In this document: positions 17,863 through 29,145 of the stretch, one piece after another | Numbering within the stretch: position 1 is the first letter of the stretch | How the letters are laid out: each line of letters begins with the position of its first letter | Source: an uncultured delta proteobacterium | GTDB lineage: Bacteria > Myxococcota_A > Polyangia > Polyangiales > Polyangiaceae | Direction of reading: 5' to 3' | Length of the DNA: 64,000 nucleotides | Assembly: GCA_963716725.1 (NCBI GenBank) | Contig: CAVQUB010000009.1 | Coordinates: forward strand, 192,001 to 256,000 | The notes under the pieces: generated by a model | What the model was told of the DNA's origin: nothing | The model's database searches: none | What the model saw: only the letters and a program-made list of their open reading frames with translations | Position numbers and translations under genes: made by a program

Positions 17863-18690
17863 GTGCGGGCCAACGACGCTGACCTCTCCTCGCTCACTCG
17901 CTTCGAGCGCGCGGCACTGCGGGTCGGCGCCCGGGTCAACGAGTCGCCGAGGGCCAAGCGGGCATCGCGACGCTTCAACGAGCTGGTGACCGGTCGCTGG
18001 ATGACCCTGGTGTCCGAGCGGCGGATGACCCTGCTCGGCCTCGATCACGTGCGGGCACTCAGGCCCGATCGGGGCGTGCTCCTGGCCGCGAACCACCGCA
18101 GCTTCTTCGACATGTACATGGTGCTGACCCACCTGCACAAACGCGTCGACTGGTGCGAACGCGCGTATTTCCCGGTGCGCTCCACGTTTTGGTACGACCA
18201 CCCGCTCGGCCTGCTCACCAACGCGATGGTGAGCGGGATGAGCATGTACCCGCCCATTTATCGCGAGGTCGAGAAACGATCCGTCACTCGCCTGGGCCTG
18301 GACTTCCTCGCGGCGGAGCTCCAGCGCCCCGGGACCCTGGTCGGCATCCACCCCGAGGGCACCCGCAACAAGGGCGACGACCCCTACGACCTGTTGCCCG
18401 CCGAGCAGGGTTTCGGACGCGTGGTGCTCAGCGCGCGGCCCATCGTGCTGCCGGTCTTCATCAACGGGATGGCCAACGACTTCATCCACGAGTGCCGCTC
18501 CACACTCGACGGCAGCGGCATGCCCATCATCATGTCCTTCGGTCCGCCGGTGGAGTTCGGCGAGATGCTCGAGGCAGATCCGCAGCGGCTCCGCGCCCAG
18601 GTCGCCATTGGGAGACGGGTGCTGGAAGAGATCGCCGCGCTGGGCAGCATCGAGCGTGCCGAGCGGGAGACCCTAGCCACGTCCGCCTGA
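17863..18690 (+). CDS. PlsC-family (lyso)phospholipid acyltransferase
   Basis: NHRSFFD (HX4D) and HPEGTR motifs; start uncertain (17827 or 17863). Confidence 0.9.
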   Translation: MRANDADLSSLTRFERAALRVGARVNESPRAKRASRRFNELVTGRWMTLVSERRMTLLGLDHVRALRPDRGVLLAANHRSFFDMYMVLTHLHKRVDWCERAYFPVRSTFWYDHPLGLLTNAMVSGMSMYPPIYREVEKRSVTRLGLDFLAAELQRPGTLVGIHPEGTRNKGDDPYDLLPAEQGFGRVVLSARPIVLPVFINGMANDFIHECRSTLDGSGMPIIMSFGPPVEFGEMLEADPQRLRAQVAIGRRVLEEIAALGSIERAERETLATSA

Positions 18691-18865
18691 GATCGCCGTG
18701 GGCGGCGGTGCGCCCGCTTCTTTTTTCGGACATCGGTGCAAGTTTCCCGCGAGCGATTGTCTTGTCTTTGCAGATCCGTGCCTCCGGATCCGGCCGTCCC
18801 AATCCCAACCAGCGCAGCCCTCGAGCCGACGACCGGCCAGTCGAGCTGCATCGCGAGCGAGTGAA

Positions 18866-21703
18866 ATGACCCACCCCGGAAGATCCCTCTGGGTGGCCGG
18901 AGCAGTAGTGCTCGCCGGCTGCACCATCGACACGTCGACCAATCCGCCGGACCCCGCCTCTCCTCCCGCGGCGATCCCGGAGTCGGGGTACCCTGCCATC
19001 GACGGAAACGACAAGTACTTCGATCCGGGTCCGCCCCTAGCGACGCCCGACGAAGCCGAGCTCGACCGACGCTTCGAGTACCACCAGAAGGTGATCGACG
19101 CGCACCAGTTCAGCTACAGCATCCAGAAGAGCGAGCCGACTCACGTCGAGCTCACCGGCATCACGGGCTTCGAACTGCCGGCCGACGTCGGCGACGAAAA
19201 GCCGCAGATCGCTCCCGAGGCCTACAGCATCGTGCTTCCGGAGCGCTGGGACACGCGCGAGCTCGGTGTCGGACTCCCGCCCGCTCGCCAGCAGGGCAGC
19301 TGCGGGAGCTGCTGGGCCTTCGGCACGGTCGGCGTGGTCGAGGCCGCCATCGCCGTCTACGACAAGAAGCTGGTCGATTTGAGCGAGCAGTTCGTGGTCG
19401 ACTGCAGCGGCAAGGGCAGCTGCGGAGGCGGATACTGGGCCTACAACTCCTTCACCAAGCAGGGCGGCGCTTGGGAGAAGGACTACCCGTACAAGGGCGT
19501 GAACCAGTACTGCAAGTCGGTCTCCGAGCACCCCTACATGGTCCAATCGTCCCACAGCATCAAGCCGGGCGACATCGACGCCATGAAGGCCGCCATCTTC
19601 CAGCACGGCTCGGTGGGCGTGACGATGTCCGTGTGCGGCTCGATCCCGGGATATGGGGGCGGGGTCTACGACTCGAACGAATGCAACAACTACTCGACCA
19701 ACCACATCGTCACGTTGGTGGGCTGGGACGACACCGTGGCGCACAAGAGCGGCAAGGGCGTGTGGTTCCTGCGCAACAGTTGGGGCACAAACTGGGGCAA
19801 AGACGGCTATGGCCTCTTCGCCTACGGCAAGGCGCGGCTCGAAGAGAACCCCACTTACGTCATCTACAAACCCGAGGATCCCACGGACACCGACAGCGAC
19901 GGCGTCACTGACCTGCACGACAACTGCAAGACGACGGTCAACCCGGACCAGAAGGACGCCGATCACGACGGCAAGGGCGATGCTTGCGACGACCACTTCG
20001 ACAAGTTCGAAGAGAAGATCTCGCTCAGCGACGACGACAGCCGCAAGCTGAGCCTCGGGTTTCTTTTCCCCTTCTTCGACAAGAGTTACCCCGAGGTCTA
20101 CCTGAACGCCGACGGCAACCTCACCTTCGGCGGCGGCGACGACGCCACCGTAGCGCGCGACAAGACTCGCTTCTTGACCGGCGCGCCGCGCATCGCCGCG
20201 CTCTACGCAGACCTGAACCCGTCAGCCGGCGGTTCGGTGAGCTGGGGCAAGACCGCCCCCGACACCTTCTTCGTGCGCTACGAGGGCGTTAAGCGCTTCG
20301 ACAACACCGGCACCGGAAGCGTCACCGTTACCTTGGGTGCCTCCGGCTCCGTCGCGCTCGCCTACGGCGCGGTCAGCGGCTCGGGCTACGTGGTGGGCGT
20401 GTCACGCGGCGGCGCGGGCAACAACGCCAGCGAACTGCAGCTCGTCCCTGGAAAGGTCGCGTATGGCAGCACCACGGCGTTGTACGAAGTGTTCGGGAAC
20501 AAGCCCTTCAGCCTCCAGAATCAGACGCTGGAGCTCACTCCCGGCGACGGTCCCAAGCCGCCCCCGGCCGAGACCGTGGTCAAGCTCGGCGACGATGCTT
20601 CGGCCGAGATCCCTCTGGGGTTTTCCTTCCCATTCTTCGGCAAGAGCTACGCCAGCGTGTTCGTGAACTCCGACGGCAACCTCAGCTTCGGTAGCGGTGA
20701 CGCGGCCACCGCCAACCGCGACAAGACTCGGTTTCTGACCGGCGTTCCGCGCATCGCGGCCCTGTATCGCGACCTCGATCCGTCGGTCGGTGGCACGGTG
20801 ACCACTCAGCCCAAAGAGGGCGCGCTCACCATCCGCTACCAGGCCGTTCGCCTGTTCGGCTCGACCCAGAACAGCTCCGTGGCCATCGTTCTGAACAAGA
20901 GCGGACTCATCGAACTCAGCTACGGGCAGGTCGCGCAAGCGTCGTACGTCGTCGGCATCTCGAAGGGCGGCAACGGCAACAGCGGCGCTGCGCAGTCCCT
21001 GATCAGCCTCGCGCAACCCATCGGCCACGGAGGCACCGACACCATCTTCCAGGTGTTCGAGAGTTCGTCTCCCTTCGGGCTCTCGAACAAGACCATCTCG
21101 TTCTCGCCGGACGGCGGCGTCACCCCGCCGCCTCCGCCACCGACGCCCCCGACCGAACACCTGCTACCGCTGTCGGACGACGGCAGCATGTCGGTCGACC
21201 TGGGCTTCAGCTTCCCGTTCTTCGGGCAGAGCTACACGTCGGCCTGGGTGAACTCCGACGGCAACATCACCTTCGGCAAGGGTGACAGCTCGACGGCCAA
21301 CCGCGACGAGACGCGCTTCCTCACCGGCCCGCCACGCATTGCGCTCTTCTACACGGATCTGAACCCCGGGGCCGGCGGCAAGGTGACCTACTTCCACGAA
21401 GACGCGAAGAGCATCTCGGTGCGCTTTGCCGGGGTGGCCAATTGGGGTGGCAGTGGCAAAGTGACCGCGACGGCGAAGATGGTTTCGTCGGGCGAGATCA
21501 CCCTCGACTACACCAGCCTGACGGCGCCGAGCGGGATCATCGGGGTGTCAAAGGGCGGCAGCGGCAACACGACAGCGGCGCTCACCATGTCGTCGCTCAT
21601 TCAGAGCTCATGGAGCTACGGCGCTTCCGGTTCGGTCCACGCGGCGTACTCGAGCAGCGACCCCTTGGGCCTTGCAGGCAAATCGGTGACCTTCTCGCCC
21701 TGA
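18866..21703 (+). CDS. Papain-like C1A cysteine peptidase lipoprotein with TSP3 repeat and three ~190-aa NIDO-like repeats
   Basis: LAGC lipobox; [20 protein letters not shown]; three LxDD...LGFxFPFF...NxDGNxxFG units. Confidence 0.9.
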   Translation: MTHPGRSLWVAGAVVLAGCTIDTSTNPPDPASPPAAIPESGYPAIDGNDKYFDPGPPLATPDEAELDRRFEYHQKVIDAHQFSYSIQKSEPTHVELTGITGFELPADVGDEKPQIAPEAYSIVLPERWDTRELGVGLPPARQQGSCGSCWAFGTVGVVEAAIAVYDKKLVDLSEQFVVDCSGKGSCGGGYWAYNSFTKQGGAWEKDYPYKGVNQYCKSVSEHPYMVQSSHSIKPGDIDAMKAAIFQHGSVGVTMSVCGSIPGYGGGVYDSNECNNYSTNHIVTLVGWDDTVAHKSGKGVWFLRNSWGTNWGKDGYGLFAYGKARLEENPTYVIYKPEDPTDTDSDGVTDLHDNCKTTVNPDQKDADHDGKGDACDDHFDKFEEKISLSDDDSRKLSLGFLFPFFDKSYPEVYLNADGNLTFGGGDDATVARDKTRFLTGAPRIAALYADLNPSAGGSVSWGKTAPDTFFVRYEGVKRFDNTGTGSVTVTLGASGSVALAYGAVSGSGYVVGVSRGGAGNNASELQLVPGKVAYGSTTALYEVFGNKPFSLQNQTLELTPGDGPKPPPAETVVKLGDDASAEIPLGFSFPFFGKSYASVFVNSDGNLSFGSGDAATANRDKTRFLTGVPRIAALYRDLDPSVGGTVTTQPKEGALTIRYQAVRLFGSTQNSSVAIVLNKSGLIELSYGQVAQASYVVGISKGGNGNSGAAQSLISLAQPIGHGGTDTIFQVFESSSPFGLSNKTISFSPDGGVTPPPPPPTPPTEHLLPLSDDGSMSVDLGFSFPFFGQSYTSAWVNSDGNITFGKGDSSTANRDETRFLTGPPRIALFYTDLNPGAGGKVTYFHEDAKSISVRFAGVANWGGSGKVTATAKMVSSGEITLDYTSLTAPSGIIGVSKGGSGNTTAALTMSSLIQSSWSYGASGSVHAAYSSSDPLGLAGKSVTFSP

Positions 21704-21707
21704 ACGC

Positions 21708-23714
21708 TCACCCTTCCGACGAAGGCGGTGCCTCGGGGTCGAAGAGCACGAGCGCGGCGTCCAGCTCGGTGCGCTCGCCGATCACGACCACGACGTCGCC
21801 GGCCTCGAGCACCGTGTCTGGGCTCGGGTTCGCAGAGAGAGCGTCGCCGCGGCGCAGTGCGATCACCGACGCGCCAGTACGCGCTCGGAGATCCAGTGCT
21901 CGCAGGGTCTCACCCGCGGCCTCGGAGCCGGCCCGCACGCACAGGGTCTCCGTGGGGATGCCCTCCAGAGAGTGCAGGGCCTCGTCGCTGCGAGGCGCCT
22001 GCGGCGCGGCGGGCGCGCGGAGCATTTCGTACATGCCGTCGCGCAGCTGAGTGGACAGATCCAGCCAGACGTTGCGCGGGACATCGTAGTGGTGAAGCAC
22101 GCGGCTGAAGATTTCGATCGAGGTCTCGAACTCCTCGGGGATCACGTCGTCCGCTCCGAGCTTCTTCAGCTCGTCGATCTCGGCGACGTAGCGAGTCCTC
22201 ACCACGATGTGCGCCTGCCGAGCCTCCTCACGAGCGAGGCTGACCGTGGCCCGAGTCGCCGCCGCGTCCGAGATCGCTACGACCAAGACGCGCGCTCGCG
22301 CGATGCCCGCGCGGTGCAAGATCGCCTGGCGAGTCGAGTCGCCGAACTCGATGGGTTCGCCTTCGGCTCGCGCTCGACGCACGGTCTCGGGGTTCAGCTC
22401 CAAGATAGCGTAGCGGACGCCCGCCGAGCGCAGCGCCCGCGCCAGGTTCCTGCCGTTCACTCCATAGCCGACGATCACGACGTGGTCGGCGAGCTGTTCG
22501 GCGGCGTTCAGCTCGGCGGGAGGCGCCTGAGCCCAGGGCACGAGAGGCCTTTCCGCATTCAGCTTGGACGCCATCGCTCCGCCGACGAAGCGGAGCGGCG
22601 GCGTGAGCAGCATCGTGATCACCGATGCGGCTAGAAACACCTGGTACTCGGCCGGCGTGAGCAGCCCCAGGCTCTGACCCGAGTGGGCGAGCACGAAGGC
22701 GAACTCGCCCACCTGCGCCAACACGAAGCCAGTCAGCACCGCGCTGCGCGCGCTGTGCCCCAGGAGCACCAGCGGGAGGCTGGTGGACACGAGCTTCAGC
22801 ACGATGATCACGCCAACGATGCCTGCGACGCGCAACGGCGCTGCGGCGACCTGTCGCACGTCCATCAACATGCCGATAGACATGAAGAAGAGCCCCGCGA
22901 ACGCGTCGCGGAATGGGATCGCCTCCGCAAGCGCCTGATGGCTGTACTCGCTCTCGCTGATGGCCAGGCCCGCCAAGAAGGCGCCGAGCGCCAGGCTCAG
23001 CCCCGCCAGCGAAGTGAGGTAGGCGGTGCCGAGGCACAAGACCATGATCAGCGTGAGAAACAGCTCCCGACTTCGGGTGCGAACGACGTGAAACAGCAGC
23101 GCCGGCACCAGGCGGCGAGCGGCTATCACCACGCCGGCGACGACGCCCACCGCCGCCGCGACGGTCGTCGCGATCTCGCGGGCGCCTCCGCCTTGCCCAG
23201 CCAAGAACGGCGCGAGCAGCATCAGCGGGACGATGCAGAGATCCTGAAACAGGAGAACGCCCAGAGACGCGCGGCCAACCGGTGTGGCTAGCTCACCCTT
23301 CTGGCCCAAGAGCGCCAGCACGATGGCGGTGCTCGAGAGTGAAACCAGGCAGCCGAAGAAGAGCGCCTTGCCCCCGGCAGCGATCCCCACAGCGCTCGCG
23401 GCGAGTGAAATCAAGATCACCGTCAGGAGTACCTGTGCGCCGCCGCCCAAGAGCAGCGTGCGCCACATGCCAACCAAGTGGCCAATGGAGAGCTCCAAGC
23501 CGATGGTGAACAGCAAGAGCACGATGCCGATCTCGGCCAAGATCTCGACGTTCTTAGTATCGGTGATCAGGCTGAGGCCGTGGGGTCCGAGCATCACCCC
23601 CGCGACCAGCAGGCCAACCAGCGACGGCACTTTGATCGGTCGCAGCAGGTAAACGACCGCTCCTCCCAACGCGAAGGCGATCAGTAGGTCGCGGAGGAAT
23701 CCAAGATCGTGCAC
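21708..23714 (-). CDS. CPA2-family cation:proton antiporter with TrkA-N and TrkA-C domains
   Basis: AEIGIVLLLFTIGLE, SLSSTAIV, LLFQD, GYGVNG Rossmann motif, C-terminal RCK-C. Confidence 0.93.
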   Translation of the reverse strand: MHDLGFLRDLLIAFALGGAVVYLLRPIKVPSLVGLLVAGVMLGPHGLSLITDTKNVEILAEIGIVLLLFTIGLELSIGHLVGMWRTLLLGGGAQVLLTVILISLAASAVGIAAGGKALFFGCLVSLSSTAIVLALLGQKGELATPVGRASLGVLLFQDLCIVPLMLLAPFLAGQGGGAREIATTVAAAVGVVAGVVIAARRLVPALLFHVVRTRSRELFLTLIMVLCLGTAYLTSLAGLSLALGAFLAGLAISESEYSHQALAEAIPFRDAFAGLFFMSIGMLMDVRQVAAAPLRVAGIVGVIIVLKLVSTSLPLVLLGHSARSAVLTGFVLAQVGEFAFVLAHSGQSLGLLTPAEYQVFLAASVITMLLTPPLRFVGGAMASKLNAERPLVPWAQAPPAELNAAEQLADHVVIVGYGVNGRNLARALRSAGVRYAILELNPETVRRARAEGEPIEFGDSTRQAILHRAGIARARVLVVAISDAAATRATVSLAREEARQAHIVVRTRYVAEIDELKKLGADDVIPEEFETSIEIFSRVLHHYDVPRNVWLDLSTQLRDGMYEMLRAPAAPQAPRSDEALHSLEGIPTETLCVRAGSEAAGETLRALDLRARTGASVIALRRGDALSANPSPDTVLEAGDVVVVIGERTELDAALVLFDPEAPPSSEG

Positions 23715-23761
23715 GGCTCAGGCTCCGTATTTCGGGGCAGGGTTCCCGCGGCAAGCCCCGG

Positions 23762-24943
23762 CTACTGCCCGAAGAACGTCTTTATCTCGGCCATCGTGGC
23801 CTTCTCTTTGCCGGTGAGTAGCCAGAAGACCATTCCGGCATCGGAGTTGTCGCCCTCGGCATAGGTCGCCTCGACCATACGGCCGCGCACCCAGGAAAGG
23901 TCCGCACCTGCTGCCTTCATCCAATCCCAAGCCGACGGGCTGCTCTTGAACGCGTTGGCGTTCTGATCGCTGATCTGCACGAACTGCACGCTCGGGAAGC
24001 TCGTCAAGAGCTCCGTCTTGGTGTGTTCCGCCGGCAGATGCTCGTGGTCTTCGTTCCACTTCGAATGCGACACGAGTTTGACGAATTGGCGCTTCGACGC
24101 CGAGGCCTTTTCGATGCCCTGCCAGGCAACCTCGAAGGGACCTGCCACGACCAGGTGCAAGGGATCTGTCACCGAAGAAGCGTCGATCGCCTTCGCGAGG
24201 TTGGCAACCGCCGCCGCGAGTTGAGTTTGGTCGTCGAACACCAGCGCGGGATTGAAGCCCATCTCGGACAGCCGCCCGGTGGTACTCGCGATCATGTCAC
24301 CGTGCTGGTCGGCGTCGTTCTGCGCCAAATGTGAACTGTGGTCGTAGTGCACCAGCTTCGACTGCATCTTCGCGCGCGAGATCAGCGCCAACGTCACCGG
24401 CGTCCCACCGATGTCGTCGCGATCGTGGAAGTTGCCGTCGGCGCTGATGGCAATTCGTCCCACGAGCGCGCTGCCGCCGCTGCCGCCGCTTCCGCCACTG
24501 CCGCCGGAGCCGCCGCTGCCGCCGCTGCCGCCGCTGCCGCCGCCGCTGCCGCCGCTGCCGCCGTTGCTGCACGGCGCGGCGCCGCACATGCACACGCTGG
24601 CGTTGCTCTGGCTGTTGACGCAGTCAGTCGCCGCGCCGCCGAACTTCTGCTGGCATTCTTGAGTCGTGTTGCACTCGTCGCCGCCGCTGCCACCAGCGCC
24701 GCCGCTGCCCGCACCGCCGCCGCTGCCCCCGGTCGTGGTTCCGCCGGCGCCAGCCCCGCCCCCGCTCGGTGCCGCCGCTGAGCCGCCGCTGCTCGAGCCG
24801 CCTGATCCTCCGGTTGCGCCGCCGCCACCGCCACCCGATCCCGAGCTGCCTCCCGCGCCCCGTGCTGCGTCTTCGTCGCCGCCGCAGCCGAGCAGTAGGG
24901 CGAGCGTGGTGGCGATAGCGGCCCCGCGGACAGCGTGATTCAT
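23762..24943 (-). CDS. Lipoprotein with Gly/Ser linkers and an uncharacterised catalytic-looking domain
   Basis: LLGC lipobox; RIAISADGNFHDRDDIG Asp cluster recalls nucleoside-hydrolase-like folds. Confidence 0.75.
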   Translation of the reverse strand: MNHAVRGAAIATTLALLLGCGGDEDAARGAGGSSGSGGGGGGATGGSGGSSSGGSAAAPSGGGAGAGGTTTGGSGGGAGSGGAGGSGGDECNTTQECQQKFGGAATDCVNSQSNASVCMCGAAPCSNGGSGGSGGGSGGSGGSGGSGGSGGSGGSGGSALVGRIAISADGNFHDRDDIGGTPVTLALISRAKMQSKLVHYDHSSHLAQNDADQHGDMIASTTGRLSEMGFNPALVFDDQTQLAAAVANLAKAIDASSVTDPLHLVVAGPFEVAWQGIEKASASKRQFVKLVSHSKWNEDHEHLPAEHTKTELLTSFPSVQFVQISDQNANAFKSSPSAWDWMKAAGADLSWVRGRMVEATYAEGDNSDAGMVFWLLTGKEKATMAEIKTFFGQ

Positions 24944-24989
24944 ATCCGAAACGCTATCGGACTCCCGCCAGATCGGCGAGACTGAATGC

Positions 24990-25991
24990 ATGAGACGAAA
25001 AGCCTTCTGCGTGGCACTCGCGGCGGCCTGCCTCTGCATCGCGTGCGGCGATGACGACTCCAGCGAACCCAAAGCCACCGGCGGAAGCGGCGGCACCACC
25101 AGCACCGGCGGTGGGGGAAACGGTGGCTCCGGCGGCTCCGGTGGCTCCGCGGGCAGCGCGAGCGGCGGCTCCGCGGGCAGCGCGAGCGGCGGCTCCGCGG
25201 GCAGCGCGAGCGGCGGCTCCGCAGGCTCTGCGGGCACCGGCGGGTCGGGCACCGGCGGGTCAGGCACCGGCGGGTCGGGCACCGGCGGGTCAGGCACCGG
25301 CGGGTCGGGCACCGGTGGCTCGACCGCTAGCTGCGACTACAAGGTCGGATCGAATGGCGTCTTGGTCATCGAGGCCGAGAAGCTGAAGCTCTCGGGGAGC
25401 TGGAAGACCGGCAACCAACCGGCGGGGGCGTACGGCAGCGGCTTCATCCAGTGGACGGGTACCAGCCAGAACTCGACGCCCGGATCCGGACTGATCAGCG
25501 TGAAGCTCGGGATCGATCAGCCGGGACGCTACCGCATGCAGTGGCGGAGCCGCATCGGTGCGGGCACGAATACCACCGAGCACAACGACACCTGGGTGCG
25601 CTTTCCGGACGCCACTGCGTTCTACGGAATGAAGACCATCAGCGGCGGCGAGAGCCGGCGCTACCCCAAGCCGCAGTGCGACGACTCGACCTTCATGGCC
25701 AAGGCCCTGGCGCTGCCGAACGTGCAGAGCGCGACCTGCCCCGCCGGGTCGACGGCCAGCGGTTGGTTCAAGGTCTACTGCTCGGGCGCTAGCGACTGGA
25801 AGTGGTCGACGAACACCAGCGACAACGACGCTCACCAGATCTACGCGGAGTTCGCCTCCGCCGGCACCTACACCCTCGAGCTTTCGGCCCGTGCTGACGC
25901 GCATTTGATCGATCGCATCGTGATCCACCGCGACTCGGTCGCGGACGCGGTAGCCACCGCCGCCGGCGCGACCGAAACGCCTTGCAATTGA
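24990..25991 (+). CDS. Lipoprotein with Gly/Ser/Thr repeat linker and CBM-like beta-sandwich domain
   Basis: CIAC lipobox; (GSASGGSA) and (GTGGS) repeats; VLVIEAE...HLIDRIVI. Confidence 0.8.
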   Translation: MRRKAFCVALAAACLCIACGDDDSSEPKATGGSGGTTSTGGGGNGGSGGSGGSAGSASGGSAGSASGGSAGSASGGSAGSAGTGGSGTGGSGTGGSGTGGSGTGGSGTGGSTASCDYKVGSNGVLVIEAEKLKLSGSWKTGNQPAGAYGSGFIQWTGTSQNSTPGSGLISVKLGIDQPGRYRMQWRSRIGAGTNTTEHNDTWVRFPDATAFYGMKTISGGESRRYPKPQCDDSTFMAKALALPNVQSATCPAGSTASGWFKVYCSGASDWKWSTNTSDNDAHQIYAEFASAGTYTLELSARADAHLIDRIVIHRDSVADAVATAAGATETPCN

Positions 25992-26169
25992 TGCAGACTG
26001 AGCGGGCCGTCGGTTGCCCCCGGGTCGCGCATTGGTCGGCGTGATCCCTCGAATCCGCTTGCCGTTGTCGCCGCGGCAATGGCTGCGCAGTGTGCGCCGC
26101 GCCCGAAGTCACTGCCCGAGGAGCGTCCATGTGAGGCGCTCGGCTTGGTGTCGAGCACGCAAAGCCTGG

Positions 26170-26531
26170 AGCAAGCCTACGACCCCGCTTCCGGCGTGCG
26201 TCGCGGCGAGGACCGGCACCTACGGCGGTGGCGCCAGCGGGAAATGGAGCGTCGTGGTCGACAACGGTTGCTCCGTCACCGGAGCGCACAAGGGCACGTC
26301 GCCGCAGCCGTCTGCGGAGGGATCAGCGGGACGGTAAGCTTCTCCGGGAGCATGGTGTTGCAAGCAACGTTCGGATCGTCCTCGTGCCCATGGCAAGGCG
26401 CGGTGAGCGGTGCTGGCGCCAGCGGCACGTGGGACTGCGGAGGCGGCATCGCCGGCGCTTGGAGCGGCTCGCTCGTCGGTCCGATCGACGCCAGAGCCGG
26501 CGGGACAGGTGGCTCTTGTGGGGTCGAGTGA
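26170..26531 (+). pseudogene. Frameshifted fragment of a Gly-rich beta-strand protein
   Basis: GTYGGGASGKWSVVVDNGCSVTG in one frame continues as ISGTVSFSG...WQG...ASGTW...GAWSGS in another near 26290; no clear start. Confidence 0.45.
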
Positions 26532-26588
26532 TTCGGGCATCCCGGATTCGACCGGCATGCTCCGCACACCGAACGACTGCTCCCCCCG

Positions 26589-26933
26589 TCACTCCACTTC
26601 CGGAACCGGGATCCCTATCGCTCTGAGGATTGCGCGCTCCACAGCAGCGATTCGGGAGGCCGTCAGGCGTGCGCCAAGCGCGCGCGCGTCGAGGTCGCCG
26701 CGCGGAAGCGTGGTGATCTGCTCTGCCTTGAGCACCGTACGCGAGGCAACTCCGCCTTCTCCCGGGCGCAGGACCACGTGAGTTGGTGCCTCCCTGACGA
26801 TAGTCGACCCGGGCACGACGATGACGTCGTTGGCGTGCTCGTTGCGGTAGTCGGGTGAGATCACCAAGACCGGACGGCGCTTGTCCAGCTTGGCCCAGTA
26901 CAAGCAGCCGCGCCGAAGCAAGCTGGACCTCAT
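26589..26933 (-). CDS. PemK/MazF-family endoribonuclease toxin
   Basis: RRGCLYWAKLDKRRPVLVIS...VIVVP.ST...EQITTL; ATG overlaps the antitoxin stop. Confidence 0.92.
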   Translation of the reverse strand: MRSSLLRRGCLYWAKLDKRRPVLVISPDYRNEHANDVIVVPGSTIVREAPTHVVLRPGEGGVASRTVLKAEQITTLPRGDLDARALGARLTASRIAAVERAILRAIGIPVPEVE

Positions 26934-27202
26934 TCGTCGTCGATCCTGAGCTTTCGGGCCGCGCGCGAAGACGCTCGCGCCAACGCCGCGCCTTCGCGGG
27001 TTTCGGCGTCCGACAGACTCCGGTAGTACGCGATGGTCTCGGCACGCAGGCGCTCTTCGACGTCCTGATGGGCGCCGCGGCGGAGCCATTCTTCGATGAC
27101 GGAGCTGCGGCTCTCGCCGGGCCGCTTCTTGCGGGCGCGATCGATGGACCGCACGAGGTCCGGCGCCAGAGTGATGCTGACCTTGATCCGAGTATTCTCC
27201 AT
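26930..27202 (-). CDS. Ribbon-helix-helix (CopG-like) antitoxin
   Basis: KVSITLAPDLVRSID...SRSSVIEEWL; directly upstream of the toxin. Confidence 0.88.
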   Translation of the reverse strand: MENTRIKVSITLAPDLVRSIDRARKKRPGESRSSVIEEWLRRGAHQDVEERLRAETIAYYRSLSDAETREGAALARASSRAARKLRIDDE

Positions 27203-27306
27203 GAGCTTACCGATTATCCTACCACTGGTTTCGCGGCGGGCAAGCGCCCCGCGGCGGATCGTGAGAGCCGCGCCTGCCAAGCGGCTCTCATGCTTCGTGC
27301 TACCGC

Positions 27307-27471
27307 TCAGTACATGAAGGCGTCGCTGCCGTCGGTGACGGTGACCATCACGATGGTGTCCGCGCGAGTGGCGACCGGAACCAGCGGATAGGCCTGCGTC
27401 AGCGCGTCGCGGCGCTGCCCGTCGTAGGCGAGGATGTGCAGGATCTGCCGCTCGGATCCATGTTCGTTCAT
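27307..27471 (-). CDS. Small 54-aa ORF or gene fragment
   Basis: Manual translation MNEHGSERQILHILAYDGQRRDALTQAYPLVPVATRADTIVMVTVTDGSDAFMY*; strong GC3 bias; below the ORF-track cutoff. Confidence 0.45.
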   Translation of the reverse strand: MNEHGSERQILHILAYDGQRRDALTQAYPLVPVATRADTIVMVTVTDGSDAFMY

Positions 27472-27539
27472 CGAGCCGCGGACTGCAACGCCGCACGATC
27501 GCGGTCGCCAGCCTCGGCTCGACCTGGCACCATGGCCGG

Positions 27540-29135
27540 ATGCAGCACGCTCTCGCGCTCGGCGCGGCGCTCTCGGTCCTGTCCCTCGCCTCGGTCGCCA
27601 GCGCCGAGAAGGTGACCTCGATCTCGCAGTACGGCGTCACCTGGACCTTCGACAAGGCCTACGAATCGGGGAAGTTCGCCAGCGGTGATCATTGGGTGGT
27701 CGGCCCGGTGAACGTCGTGTCGGTATCGCCGGCGCCGACCGGCACGCGCAACGGCTCCGCCGTGAATCCTCAAGGCGGACGTCAGGGCTACGACTCGCGC
27801 GGCGGCAGCTTCAACACCGCCGACAACGTCAGCTTCCCGCACACTCTGGCGGTCGACGCTTCGCTGGTATCGAGCGTCAGCAAGGCCGAGGGCATCGACC
27901 CCAAGAACGTCGGTCCGATGGACTCGCAGGCAGTGCTCACCGCCGTGGCCGCGCCGCTGCCGCCGACCGCGCTGCGACCTTCATACGCGGGCACCTTCAA
28001 GCAGCACCTGGACACGAGCAAGATCGACTGGTCGATCCTGCCCAAGCTGCCGGCGCCCAGCTCGAAGCCCAGTGGCGCTTCGGTGCTGCAAATGGCCGAC
28101 CGGCCCCGGATCGATCACCTGAGTTCGTGGACGATTCAGAACAGCTGCGCGCAGCAGAACTGGAACAACGGCGGTGGTCACGCCTGTTACGGTCGCGAAG
28201 TGTCGACCTACGTGAGCGCGGCGGCGCTCTACGTCCTGCTCGACACCCCCGAGCGCAACGAGGTCGCCATCTCGATGATCCAGCACGGCATCGACAACTA
28301 CGGCGTGCTCAAGGCCGGGGGCAATTGGGCGGCGAACGGCGGTCACCACAACGCGCGCAAATGGCCCATCGTCTTCGCAGCGCGCATGCTGAATGACTGC
28401 GACATGCTGAAGGTCGGCGCGGACTACGACGACCAGTACTTCGGCGAGGACGATCAGACCTACTTCGGGGACAAGGGCAAGGCGCTCTTCGGGACGGCCT
28501 GCGGGTCCAATCAAACCTATTTTCAGAACGGCTGCTCGGGATCCGGAGCCAAGGACTGTCGAGACCCCGCGAAGCTCGTCGACGGCTGCGGCGACTACCG
28601 AAACTGCTGCACCAGCGCCTATTGGGTCGGACAGATGCTCTCGACGCTCATGCTCCGTTCCAAGAAGATCTGGGCGCACGACGCCTACTTCGACTACGTC
28701 GACCGCTGGATGAGCGGCGACGTGGTCGGTGGCGGCGCGACCTCGAGCACATTCGTCACCGACATGTGGAAGGCGCACCGCACCAACCTACCCACAGGCG
28801 GCGACGTGGAACCGACCTGCACCCCAGGGACGGGCGGGAGCAGCGGCGGCGGCGGCGGCGGCGGCGGCGGATCGGGCAGCGCCTCGGGAGGCACAGCGGG
28901 CGGCGGATCGGGCGGCGTGGCCGGCTCGGCCACGGGCGGAGGCGGCACGACGTCCAGCGGCGGGACGGCGGCGGGAGGCAGCAGCGCAAAGCCCTCCAGC
29001 GACGACGACGGCGGATGCGGCTGTCGAACCTCGCCCACGCGGTCGCGGCTCGGGTGGCTGTCGGCGCTGGCGGCTGTGGGTGTCGCCCTCGGGCGCCGCC
29101 GACGGGCGCCGCTAACCGGCGCAACCGCAGGCTAG
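27540..29135 (+). CDS. Secreted protein with MYXO-CTERM tail
   Basis: Signal peptide; Gly linker, [14 protein letters not shown]. Confidence 0.85.
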   Translation: MQHALALGAALSVLSLASVASAEKVTSISQYGVTWTFDKAYESGKFASGDHWVVGPVNVVSVSPAPTGTRNGSAVNPQGGRQGYDSRGGSFNTADNVSFPHTLAVDASLVSSVSKAEGIDPKNVGPMDSQAVLTAVAAPLPPTALRPSYAGTFKQHLDTSKIDWSILPKLPAPSSKPSGASVLQMADRPRIDHLSSWTIQNSCAQQNWNNGGGHACYGREVSTYVSAAALYVLLDTPERNEVAISMIQHGIDNYGVLKAGGNWAANGGHHNARKWPIVFAARMLNDCDMLKVGADYDDQYFGEDDQTYFGDKGKALFGTACGSNQTYFQNGCSGSGAKDCRDPAKLVDGCGDYRNCCTSAYWVGQMLSTLMLRSKKIWAHDAYFDYVDRWMSGDVVGGGATSSTFVTDMWKAHRTNLPTGGDVEPTCTPGTGGSSGGGGGGGGGSGSASGGTAGGGSGGVAGSATGGGGTTSSGGTAAGGSSAKPSSDDDGGCGCRTSPTRSRLGWLSALAAVGVALGRRRRAPLTGATAG

Positions 29136-29145
29136 CCTCGTCGCC

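Noticed and set aside
25130..25320. Gly/Ser linker repeats (also 24470-24570, 28840-28980, 46489-46630) as non-coding repeat elements
   Set aside because: They are in-frame low-complexity linkers typical of myxobacterial exported proteins.
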